A DNA stretch of 64,000 bases from an uncultured delta proteobacterium (GTDB taxonomy: Bacteria > Myxococcota > Myxococcia > Myxococcales > Myxococcaceae). The stretch lies in assembly GCA_963771175.1 (NCBI GenBank), contig CAVYSY010000002.1, positions 107,011 through 171,010 on the forward strand. The letters are read 5' to 3'. The notes under the pieces were generated by a model. That model made no database searches and had not been told where the DNA came from. It worked only from the letters and a program-made list of their open reading frames with translations. Position numbers and translations under genes: made by a program. Below, one piece after another: positions 29,754-40,519 of the stretch (positions are counted from its first letter, which is position 1; the number at the start of each line of letters is the position of its first letter).

Positions 29754-32106
29754 CAGGGAGTCCCTCCCGCCGAGACGGCGCATCAGGCCCAGCTCGGCGC
29801 CTTCGGCAGATCCTGGGGCCCGCGCCCCAGCCGCTGCAGGTAGGAGATGATGGCGACCATCTCCGAGTCCCACGCCACCTGGACGCCCTGGGCGGCCAGG
29901 TCCGCGGTGATGGCCTCCGCCTGGGCCTTCTGGCGCGCCTCGGCCCCGTCGACGTCCGTGTTGGTGTAGGGCACGCCGAGCTTCTGCATCAGCGCAGCTT
30001 CTTGGGCGCCAGCTTCACGTCGATGCTTGTTCTCCGCGAGCCACGGGTACGGCGGCATGTTGGAGCCGGGGCTGGTGGCGCGCGGATCCATCAGGTGCGT
30101 GTAGTGCCAGAGGTTGGGGTACTTGCCGCCCACGCGGTGCAGGTCCGGCCCGGTGCGCTTGCTGCCCCACTGGAACGGGTGGTCGTAGATGAACTCCTCG
30201 GCGCGGGACACGTCGCCGTAGCGCTGCGACTCGGCGATGAACGGGCGGATCATCTGCGAGTGGCAGATGTAGCAGCCCTCGCGGACGTAGAGGTCGCGGC
30301 CCTGGAGCTCCAGCGGGCGAGTACGGCAGCTGGGCCTCGCCGTGCGCCGGCACCGCCTGCTTGATGAGGATGGTGGGCAGCAGCTCCGCCACGCCGCCGA
30401 TGAGGATGGCGATCAGGGTGAGCACGGTGAAGGCCAGCGGGCGGCCCTCGATGAGGGCGAACCACGTGGGCCGGCCGGCCTCACGGTCGCGCCGGGCCAC
30501 GATCCAGGCGATCTGCGCCCAGGGCCACGATGATGCCCATGATGACGATGGCACGCATCGGGCTGGCCCAGCCGAGGAAGATGCGTGACGCCGAGGATGG
30601 CCAGGCGCGAACAGCAGCGGCCAGCCGGTGAGCATGGCCACCCAGGCGGGCTTGCCGGGCACCACGGGCACGGGCGCCAGCTCCTCCACCACGACCGTGG
30701 TCTCGCCGTTCACCGCCTTGCCGGAGCGCGCCGTCTTCCAGAGGTTCCACGCCATCAGGAGGAAGCCGAGCAGGTAGAGCGTGCCGCCGACGAAGCGGAG
30801 CGATGTACATGGGCCGGATGGCGAGCAGCGTCTCGACGAAGTTCGGGTAGAGCAGCGTGCCGTCCGGGTTGGTGGCGCGCCACATCAGGCCCTGGTTGAT
30901 GCCCGAGACCCACATGGCGACGATGTAGAGCAGGATGCCGACGGTGCCGATCCAGAAGTGCAGGTCCGCCGCGCTTCGACGAGTGCAGCTTCGTGCCGTA
31001 CAGCCGCGGCACCAGCCAGTAGAACATGCCGGCCGCCATGAAGCCGTTCCAGCCCAGGGCGCCGCCGTGCACGTGGCCGATGATCCAGTCGGTGTAGTGC
31101 GCGAGCGCGCTCACGCTCTTGATGGAGAGCAGCGGGCCCTCGAACGTCGCCATGCCGTAGAAGGTGACGCCGGCGACGAAGAACTTGAGGACGGGGTCCT
31201 CGCGCAGCTTGTCCCAGGCGCCGCGCAGGGTGAGCAGGCCGTTGAGCATGCCGCCCCAGGAGGGCGCCCACAGCATCACGCTGAACACCATGCCCAGCGA
31301 CTGCGCCCAGTCCGGCAGCGCGGTGTAGAGCAGGTGGTGCGGACCGGCCCAGATGTAGATGAAGACCAGCGCCCAGAAGTGGATGATGGAGAGCCGGTAC
31401 GAGTAGACCGGGCCGCTCCGCCGCCTTGGGCAGGAAGTAGTACATGATGCCCAGGATGGGCGTGGTCAGGAAGAAGGCGACGGCGTTGTGGCCGTACCAC
31501 CACTGCACCAGCGCGTCCTGCACGCCGGCGAAGATCGAGTAGCTCTTCAGCGGGCTGAGCGGCAGCGCCAGGCTGTTGACGATGTGCAGCACCGCCACGG
31601 TGACGATGGTGGCGATGTAGAACCAGATGGCGACGTAGAGGTTCTTCTCGTTGCGCTTCGCCAGCGTCCAGAAGAAGTTGATGGCGAAGACCACCCAGAC
31701 CAGCGCGATGGCGATGTCGATGGGCCACTCCAGCTCGGCGTACTCCTTGGAGGTGGTGATGCCGAGCGGCAGCGTGATGGCCGCCGCGACGATGATGGCC
31801 TGCCAGCCCCAGAAGTGGATCTTGGAGAGCAGGTCGCGACGCCATGCGCGCCTTCAGCAGGCGCTGGGTGGAGTAGTAGATGCCGGCGAACATCATGTTG
31901 CCCACGAACGCGAAGATGACCGCGTTGGTGTGCAGCGGGCGCAGGCGCCAGAAGGTCAGGTAGGGGACGCCGAAGTTGAGCTGCCACCAGGCGAGCTGGG
32001 CGGCGACGAGCAGCCCACCAGCATGCCCACGACGCCGAACACGATCGAGGCGGTGATGAAGTGCCGTGTCGGTGGTGTCGTCGTAGACGATGCGTTGCTG
32101 TTGCAC
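29753..32106 (-). CDS. ccoNO: Fused cbb3 oxidase subunits I/II, heavily frameshifted
   Basis: [48 protein letters not shown], then [15 protein letters not shown] and [17 protein letters not shown]. Confidence 0.93.
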
Positions 32107-32127
32107 GGACGATCACCTCGTGGGAAT

Positions 32128-32313
32128 TCACTGCTGCGGCTTGGACTCGGACGACTCGACCGGACTGGGGCGGGCGGTGTCGTCCTCGAGCGGGATGAGG
32201 GACAGTCGATCGGCGTGCTCGTGGTCGCGGTGCCGTACGCTGAAGGCGAAGAGCAGCACCGAGCCCGCCACGAGCATCAGGCTGACGAAGACCTGGAGGA
32301 CGATGACGTTCAC
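32128..32313 (-). CDS. ccoS: cbb3 oxidase maturation protein (CcoS-like)
   Basis: VNVIVLQVFVSLMLVAGSVLLFAFSVRHRDHEHADRLSLIPLEDD; position between ccoI and ccoN. Confidence 0.75.
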   Translation of the reverse strand: MNVIVLQVFVSLMLVAGSVLLFAFSVRHRDHEHADRLSLIPLEDDTARPSPVESSESKPQQ

Positions 32314-34763
32314 GCGGGCACCTCCTTGCAGCTCCCTCTGCGACTCCCCGGCCGGAGACGAGCGGCGGGCGGAGAGGCTGCGAGGGTGAAGAGGATGAGG
32401 GAGAGGGAGCTGAGCGGCATGACCACCGCCGCGCGCAGCGGCGTCATCCAGCCCGGCGAGGCACACGGCCACCGCCAGCACGTTGTAGGCGAGCGCGATG
32501 CCGAGCACGCGGCGCACCACGTGGCGCAGCTTGCGCGAGAGCGCCAGCGCCTCGCGGATGGCCGAGAGTCCCTCGCCCAGGAGGAAGAAGTCGGACTTGC
32601 CCGGCATCACCGGCCGGTCGATGGCCGGCGTGCCCGCGCAGAGGGCGCGCTCGAAGGCGAGGCTGTCGTTGACGCCGTCGCCCAGGTAGAGCGTGTCCGC
32701 CTGGTCGATGCGCGCGCACCGCCTGCGGCCTTGTCCTCGGGGCGCTGGCCGCCGAGCGCGTGCTCCACCGGGACGCCCAGCGCGCTCGGCCATGACGCGC
32801 ACCCGCTGCGGGCGCATCGCCGGAGATGAGCCACACGCCCATGCCCGCCTCGCGCAGCGCCTGCGATTTCGCGGCGCGCGTCGGCGCGCACGGACTCACG
32901 CAGGACGAAGGTGGCCACGGGCTGGCCATTCCGGGCGAGCACGGTCCCCGTCCCCTCCGGAGGCGCCGAGGTGCGCGGCCCACGCTGGGGCACCCAGCCG
33001 CCAGCACTCCATCCTCTCGGACCAGCTCCAGCCCCAGCCCGGGGTGCTCCGCCACTGCGAGCGCCGGCGGAGAAGCGCGCGCCAGCGCGAGCCAGCGCCG
33101 CGGCGAGGCACCGGCTCACCGGGTGGTTGCTGCGCGCGACCATGTCGAAGGCCACGTCGCGCGCCTCGGGCGCGAGCGCGTCCACGCGCCTCGCGGTCCA
33201 CCAGCTCCAGCCGCCCGAGCGTGAGCGTGCCCGTCTTGTCGAAGAGCACCTTGCGCACGCGGGGCAGGCGGTCGAGCAGGTCCGCGCGCTGCGCACGAAG
33301 AGGCCGACGCGGCGCAGCCGCGCCTGGGCGAGCTCGTAGGCGAGCGGCACGGCGATGCCGATGCGCACAGGGGCACGTCACGACGAGCAGCGCCACGGCC
33401 ACCTGCGAGCGCGCGTTGTCCGGCCCCGCGGGCCACCAGAGGGCGAGCCCCAGCGCGGCAGATCGGCGAGCACGGCCAGCGCACCCACCGGCGCGAGACA
33501 CGCGTTCCAGAAGCGCGCGTGGGCGGGCACGCGCGCCGGAGCGCGGTCGGGCGCCTGGCGCAGCAGGGCCACCAGCGGCGAGTCCGGGAAGTCCGTCAGG
33601 GCGCGCACGTGCACCGCGCGGCCGGGCCGCGTTGAAGGCGCCGGCCGGCACCTGCTCCCCCTGCGGCGCACCGCGCGCGCGTCCGGCTCGCCGGTGATCC
33701 AGTCGGTGGAGAAGCGGCGCCCGCGCTCGAGCAGCTCGGCGTCCACGGGCACCAGGTCGCCCGGGGCGATGACGAGCACGTCGCCCGCGCGCAGCTCGGG
33801 GGCGCGCACGGTGACGAGCCGCGTCGCCCTCCTGCGCGGCGCACGAAGAGGCCGTCCGCGCCGTCGTCCTCGAGGAGGAAGCGGCGGTTGCGCTCGAGGA
33901 CGCGCTGCTGCAGCCAGCGCCCCACCAGCATCAGGGTGACGAAGGTGTTGAGGGTGTCGAAGTAGGCGAGGTCGCCCCGCCCGTCCGCGCGCCTTGAGCA
34001 GGCGAGGTGCGCGTAGACGAGCAGGATGCCCAGGGCGATGGGCAGGTCCAGGTGGAGCACGCCGCTGCGCAGCGCCCTGCCACGGCCGAGCGGAAGAAGG
34101 GCCAGCCGCCCACCAGCACCACCGCGGTGGACAGCGCCACGGCTGAGCCGGCTGAAGAGGCGGAAGAGCTCGCCCTCGGCCGGGGTGAGCCCCACGTAGA
34201 AGCTCGACGGAGAAGAGCATCACGTTCATCGTGAGGGCGGCGCAGATGCCGAGCCGGATGGGCAGATCCAGCGAGGCGGCCTCGGGGCGCTTGCGGCTGG
34301 GGCCGAAGAGGTAGCCGAAGCGCCTCGACCTCGCGGAGGAAGCGCGCCACGTCGAACGGCGCCCCGCGCTCCAGCGCAGCCGCACCTTGCCGAGCGCCGG
34401 GTTCACCGTGACGGAGGCGCCGCCGGCCTGCCGGCGGAACAGCTCGTTCATCAGCCAGACGCAGGCGGCGCAGTGGATGCCCTGCACGTCCAGCTCGAGC
34501 GCGCACAGCTCCGGGCCCGCGGCCTCGGCGCGAGCCAGCAGCGGCTCGAGCCAGGCGTGGCTGCGGTCCGGCTTGGGCTCGGGGACGGGGGTCACCTTGC
34601 CATCGGCCAGCGCGTAGTAGCGGGTGAGGCCCTGCTCCACGAGGAGGCCGTGGACGGCCTCGCAGCCCGCGCAGCAGAAGCTCGCCGGACGACGAGCCCT
34701 CGGGACGGGGCTCCCGCAGTGAAGGCAGGAGGCCGCTGACGGTTTTTGCGCTGGGAGGGACAT
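32310..34763 (-). CDS. ccoI: Heavy-metal P1B-type ATPase for cbb3 maturation, heavily frameshifted
   Basis: CLHCGSPV..FCCAGC, GIHCAACVWL, ITGEP, VVTCPCA, FDKTGTLT, LGDGVND. Confidence 0.9.
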
Positions 34764-34781
34764 GCATGGGCGCGGCCCCAT

Positions 34782-34797
34782 TGCGAACGGCATGCCC
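34782..34797 (-). promoter_or_regulatory. Putative sigma54 promoter for ccoI-S-NO-Q-P-G
   Basis: Minus strand GGGCATG-CCGT-TCGCA (GG-N10-GC spacing) about 20 nt upstream of the ccoI ATG. Confidence 0.4.
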
Positions 34798-34817
34798 ATT
34801 GCGAGGAGGCCGAGGGC

Positions 34818-35531
34818 ATGGACCTCTCGACCTCCTCCGTCTGCTCGATGACGCTCCTCACCTGGAGTGCTCGCGGGCGCGCTCGGCGCGCTGATGGTGG
34901 GCGTCACGGGCAGCGTGCACTGCCTCCTCATGTGCGGGCCGCTGGCCTGCGCGAGCCTGCCGGCGCGTGCAGGGCCCGCGAGCGGCGCCGCGCGGTGCTC
35001 GCCTACCAGGAGGGCGCGCGTGGGCGCGATACGCCTTGATGGGCGGGCTGCTGGGGGCGCTGGGCGGCGGCGTGACGCGAGCGCTCGCGGTCGCGCACGC
35101 CGCCTACCTGCCCTGGATGATGGCGGCGGCGCTGGTGGCCTCGGCGCTGGAGCTGGGAAAGCGGCTGCGCCCTTGCCCGGGCTGTCGCACGCTGGCGGGC
35201 GCCGTCTCGCGGGTCGGGCGCAAAGTTTTCGCTGGTGGGCAGAGCGGGCGCAATGGGTGCGGTGACGCCGCTGCTGCCGTGCGGGCTGCTGTACGGCGTG
35301 TACGCGGCGGCGCTCGACCAGCAGTTCCTTTGGAGGAGGCGCGCTGGTGATGGGAGCCTTCGCGCTGGGTGGGCTCCCGGCACTGCTGGGCGCGCAGCTC
35401 CAGACGGGGCTATGGCGGCACGACCCCGCGTCGCCACCGTTCGTGCTCCAACGAGCGGTGCCGCTGCGGCGGCGGCGGTGCTCATCTACCGGACGGTGGG
35501 CGTCACGGCAGGGCAGCCGAGCTGCCACTGA
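34818..35531 (+). CDS. DsbD_2/TauE-like cytochrome biogenesis membrane protein, frameshifted
   Basis: GSVHCLLMCGPL and LLPCGLLYG motifs; usual partner of cbb3 clusters. Confidence 0.8.
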
Positions 35532-35558
35532 GCGCGGGGAGATAGACTCGATGCGGCC

Positions 35559-36659
35559 ATGGGTCTCATCACGCTATCCATCCCCCTCTTCTTCCTCCTG
35601 ATAGGCATCGAGTGGCTGTGCGGGCGCATCCGGGGCCGGCGAGTGTTCCGAGGCCCGGATGTCTTCACCAACCTCTCCCTGGGCTCCGCGCAGACGGTCT
35701 TCAACACCGTGGCCGTGGGCCTGCTGGCCGGTGCCTACCTGGCCCTCTATCAATTCCGGCTCTTCGACATCCCCGCGTCCTCGGCACTGGCCTGGGCGGG
35801 ACTGATGCTCGGCGTGGACTTCTGTTACTACTGGTTCCACCGCGCCTCACACCGCGTGCACCTCGCGTGGGCGGCGCACGCCCCGCACCACCAGAGCGAG
35901 GACTACAACCTGACCGTGGCCCTCCGGCAGGGGCCCATCCAGCCACTCGTCTCACGCGTCTTCTACCTGCCGCTGGCCCTGCTCGGCTTTCCGCTGACCA
36001 TGTTCGCCGCGGCGGTGGCGCTCAACACGCTCTACCAGTTCTGGGTGCACACCGAGCTGATCGGCAAGCTCGGGCCCCTCGAGTGGGTCCTCGTGACGCC
36101 CTCGCACCACCGCGTGCACCATGCCTGCAACGGTCGCTACCTGGACAAGAACCACGGCGGCATGTTGATCGTCTGGGACCGGCTGTTCGGCACCTTCGAG
36201 CCCGAGGCGGAGCCGATCACCTACGGCACCGTCAAACCGGTCCGCACGTTCAACCCGCTGGTGGCAGCCCTGGCCCCCTTCCGCGAGCTCGCGGCCCTCA
36301 CCCGCGAGACGCCCCGGTTGATGGACAAGCTCAAGGTCTGGGTCATGCCGCCCGAGTGGCTCCCCGAGGGAGTGGCGGCACGGGCTCCGGAGGTCGTGCC
36401 GGGCCGGCCCCGGTTCGACGTGAGCACCTCGCGCCGGGTGGCGCTCTACGTCGGCGTGGTGGGCGTGCTGACGCTGCTCGTCACGGTGCTGTTCCTGGTC
36501 CGGAGTGCCTCGTTGGCGCTGCCCGTGAAGCTCGCGTTCGCGGCCTGGTTCCTCGCCTCGATGGGAGGGCTGGGCGGGGTGCTGGAAGGCAGGCGGTGGG
36601 GACCCGTGGTCGAGGCGGCGCGGCTCGTGGCGGCGCCGCTTGTCGTCGCGGCAATGTAA
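35559..36659 (+). CDS. Sterol desaturase/fatty acid hydroxylase family protein (alkylglycerol monooxygenase-like)
   Basis: His boxes YYWFHRASH, HAPHHQSE, YQFWVHTE, PSHHRVHH, DKNHGG...WDRLFGTF. Confidence 0.9.
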   Translation: MGLITLSIPLFFLLIGIEWLCGRIRGRRVFRGPDVFTNLSLGSAQTVFNTVAVGLLAGAYLALYQFRLFDIPASSALAWAGLMLGVDFCYYWFHRASHRVHLAWAAHAPHHQSEDYNLTVALRQGPIQPLVSRVFYLPLALLGFPLTMFAAAVALNTLYQFWVHTELIGKLGPLEWVLVTPSHHRVHHACNGRYLDKNHGGMLIVWDRLFGTFEPEAEPITYGTVKPVRTFNPLVAALAPFRELAALTRETPRLMDKLKVWVMPPEWLPEGVAARAPEVVPGRPRFDVSTSRRVALYVGVVGVLTLLVTVLFLVRSASLALPVKLAFAAWFLASMGGLGGVLEGRRWGPVVEAARLVAAPLVVAAM

Positions 36660-36666
36660 AAACAAC

Positions 36667-36706
36667 GGGCCAGGACCACCCCCGAGGAGGAGGGTGATCC
36701 TGGCCC
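36667..36706. terminator. Hairpin between convergent genes
   Basis: GGGCCAGGACCACCC...GGGTGATCCTGGCCC inverted repeat. Confidence 0.6.
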
Positions 36707-36738
36707 TACGGCCCGCGTATCCCCCGATGCGCGAGGCA

Positions 36739-37918
36739 CTACGTGTGGTGGTGCAGGCTCTCCACCAGATACGGATCATTGCGAGGAATCAGCGGCACCG
36801 CGCCCACCGTCCGCGTCACCGTCAGCACGAACAGCGCGCCCAGGCCGAGCAGGCCCGCCACGTCCCACACGCCGATGCCGGTGTACGCGGGCATGTTGGA
36901 CGGGGCGATCATCAGGTGCAGATCCAACCACCGCCCCGCCAGCATGACGCCGGCGACGAACAGCAGGTGCGACGCGTTGCGCTTGGCCGGCCGGGGCAGC
37001 AGCAGCAAGAACGGCAGCGCCCAGTTGAGCGCGACGTTCAGCGTAGAACGGCACCGCCCAGCCGCCGTGCGTCCGCGTGGATGAAGTACGACGGTCTCCT
37101 CGGGGATGTTCGCGTACCAGATGAGCAGGAACTGGGAGAACCACAGGTAGGCCCACAGCGTGGCGAAGCCGAACATCAGCTTGCCCAGGTCGTGCAGGTG
37201 GCTCGTGTTGATCTCCGGCATCAGCCCCCGAGCGGCTGCAGCAGGATGACGGCCACGGTGAGCGCGGCACACGCTCGACGCCAGCAGCCCGGCGATGTTG
37301 TAGAGCCCGTAGATGGTGCTGAACCAGTGCGGCTCCAGGCTCATCAGCCAGTCGAAGCTGGCCAGGCAGAACGTGCAGCGCGAACACGCACCAGGAAGAG
37401 CGCGGAGGTGGCCACGTTGCGCCTCGTGGGCGCCGACGGAGGGCTCCGTGTCCTGCGCCAGCGAGTTGCGCCGCAGCACGCCACGCGAAGGCGACCCACA
37501 GGCCGAGCATCACCACCATGCGGACGGCGAAGACCGGCGCGTTGAGGAAGGCCGCCTTCTGGTGCAGCAGGTGGTCCGTCTCCATGACGCCGGGGCGCGC
37601 CCACAGGTACAGCGCGCGCAGGCCCGCGAGCAGGAGCAGCAGGCTCGCCGCGCCCACCGGCACGTAGGCGGCGAAGGCCTCGGGGATGCGCTTGAAGACG
37701 GTGTACCAGCCCGCGTTGGCCACGTACATCGAGCGCGAGGAACACCGCGCCGCCCAGCGCGAGCGTGAGGAAGAAGAAGCCGTTGGTGAGCAGGCTGGAG
37801 AAGCCGCGGGTGGGCTCCAGCGACCATGCCCGCGCCCAGCCCGAGCAGGCCGAGCGCCGCCACGCCCATGCTGACCCGGCGGAGGTCGGGGCCGACGACG
37901 AATCCCGAGGCAGCTCAT
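36739..37918 (-). CDS. actF: Alternative complex III subunit F, frameshifted
   Basis: SFDWLMSLEPHWFSTIYG, HLHDLGKLMFGF, QFLLIWYANIPEET. Confidence 0.88.
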
Positions 37919-38498
37919 GGCATCTCCTTCTGCGCGGTCGCGCAGTCTGCGGAGGCTGCAGGCGACCGGAGGTAGTGGACGATCTTCCAGCGGTCCTCCG
38001 GCGCCACCTGCGAGCCGTGGGCCGGCATCAGCCCCTGTCCGTGGGTGATGATGTGGAAGAGCTGCCCGTCCGGCAGGCCGCGGGCGTGCTCGGCCAGCAG
38101 CGACGGAGGCCTGGGGAAGCGCGCGGTCACCAGGCCGTCCCCGAGCCCGCCCGCGCCGTGGCAGTGCGAGCAGTAGCGCGTTGAAGGCCACCTTGCCTGC
38201 GCGACAGCACCGCCGCCGAGGACCGGGTAGGGGTTCTTCAGCTCCGCGGCCGGCGCGCGTCGGCCTCCTCGGGGCCCGGGCCGTAGTGGAGCGGCGAGTA
38301 GCCCCGCGGGAATGCTGCCCGGCGCGGGCGTCATCAGCGTCTTGCCGTCGCGCGTGTTGGGGTTGGGCGCGAAGCTGTCGTACGGCACGGAGCTGCACCA
38401 TGTCCGGCGCGTACTCCAGGTTGGGCTGGGACACGTCCCGCTCGCAGCCCGAGGCCACGCGGCGAGCACCGCGGCGACCACCCAGGAGCGCGCTTCAC
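37915..38498 (-). CDS. actE: Alternative complex III monoheme lipoprotein subunit E, frameshifted
   Basis: SG-CERDVSQPNLEYAPDM, YCSHCHG..GLGDG, DGQLFHIITHGQGLMP, EDRWKIVHYLR. Confidence 0.85.
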
Positions 38499-39014
38499 GA
38501 CGCCACCTCCATCTGCGTCCAGTCTCCACCGCGCCGTGGCGCGAGCATGCTCCGGCACCTTCGCGTCCGAGCCCGTCCGCGCGCGAGCGCCAGGACGAAG
38601 CGGTCGTCCGTCACCCGGGGCAGCGCCTCGCGCTTGCTGCCGGGGAAGGCTTCGTGCGCAGCAGGAAGGCCGCCACGGTGACGAGGCCCGCGAACAGCAC
38701 GGTGAGCTCGAAGGCCACGGGGATGAAGGCCGGGCAGCGAGTTGAAGGGCTTGCCGCCCACGTTGAGCGGCCAGCTCACCACCGACGTGTAGCACTGGAG
38801 CGACAGCGCCGAGCGTGCAGCCCAGCAGCCCCGCCCCGAAGCACACCCAGGTGAGGCGCGAGGGCTTCAGGCCCATGGCCTCGTCCATGCCGTGCACGGC
38901 GTACGGGCGTGTACACGTCATGCACCGCGTAGCCCGGCCTCGCGCAGCGGCCCGGGTGGCGTCGAGGACCTGCTCCTCGCTCGTCGAAGTAGCCGAGGAG
39001 GACGGACGGCTCAT
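38495..39014 (-). CDS. actD: Alternative complex III subunit D (DUF3341), frameshifted
   Basis: PYAVHGMDEAMGL, WPLNVGGKPFNSLP, FELTVLFA. Confidence 0.85.
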
Positions 39015-40519
39015 ACCGGCACGTCCTTTCGCGCCGCTGCCGCGAGAGCCGGGCGGGCATGGTCACGGGCTGCCGGCGCGGGCGCTCGTGCGGAGCTCGG
39101 CGCCGTGGGCCGGGTGGACGGCGTGCGCCGTGGCTGGCGCCCGCGCGAAGGCCAGCACGCTCTTCACCTCGCCGATGGCGATGATCGGGCAGGCAGCCGG
39201 ATGAAGAGCAGGAACAGGGTGAAGAAGAGGCCGAAGGTGCCGATGAAGGTGCCGACCTCGACGACGCGTGGGCGTGTACATGGCCCAGCTCGACGGCAGG
39301 AAGTCGCGGTGCAGCGACGGTCACGATGATGACGAAGCGCTCGAACCACATGCCCACGTTGATCGACGAGCGACAGCACGAAGATCGCCGGCGGCGCTGG
39401 TGCGGATCTTCTTGAACCAGAAGAGCTGCGGCGACGACCACGTTGCAGCGTCACCATCGTCCAGTACGCCCAGGCGTACGGGCCGAACGCGCGGTTGAGG
39501 AACGCGAAGCGCTCGTACGGGTTGCCCGCAGTACCAGGCGATGAAGAACTCCATCGCGTAGGCGCAGCCGACGATGCCGCCCGGTGACGAGGATGATCTT
39601 GTTCATGTTCTCGAGGTGGCGCGATGGTGATGAGGTCCTCGAAGCCCGAGCACCTTGCGGGCGATGATCATCAGCGTCAGCACCATGGCGAAGCCGCAGA
39701 AGATCGCGCCGGCCACGAAGTAGGGCGGGAAGATGGTGGTGTGCCAGCCGGGGATGACGCGAGGTGGCGAAGTCGAAGGACACGATGGTGTGCACCGAGA
39801 GCACCAGCGGCGTCGCGAGGCCGGCGAGCAGCAGGTACACCATCTCGTAGCGCTGCCAGGTGCGCGTGCGAGCCGCGTCCAGCCCGAGCGACAGCACGCC
39901 GAAGATGGCCTGCTGCAGCCCGCTCTTCGCCCGGTCGCGCAGCGGTGGCCAGGTCGGGGATCAGGCCGACGTACCAGAACACCAGCGAGATGGTGAAGTA
40001 GGTGCTGATGGCGAACACGTCCCACAGCAGCGGCGAGCGGAAGTTCACCCACAGGCTGCCGCGCGTGTTCGGGTACGGGAAGCACCCAGAAGGCGAGCCA
40101 GGGCCGGCCCATGTGGATGAGCGGGAAGATGCGCCGCGCACATGACGGCGAAGATCGTCATCGCCTCGGCGGCGCGGTTGATGCTGGTGCGCCACTTCTG
40201 CCGGAAGAGGAAGAGGATGGCGGAGATGAGCGTGCCGGCGTGGCCGATGCCGACCCAGAACACGAAGTTGGTGATGTCGAAGGCCCAGCCGACCGTCTTG
40301 TTCAGGCCCCAGACGCCGATGCCGGTGGCGACCTGGTAGGCGACCATGCCCACGCCGAGCCCGAGCGTGGCGACGCGCCAGGGCGAAGGCCACCCACCAG
40401 GCCTGGCGGTGGGCTGGCGCTCCATGGGCGGCGCAGATCTCCTCGGTGATCTGACCGAGGCGTGCGCTCCTCGCTGACGAGCGGCTCGCGCAGCGGTGGA
40501 GCGTGTGCTGGTTGCTCAT
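39011..40519 (-). CDS. actC: Alternative complex III subunit C (NrfD family), frameshifted
   Basis: [84 protein letters not shown]. Confidence 0.92.
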
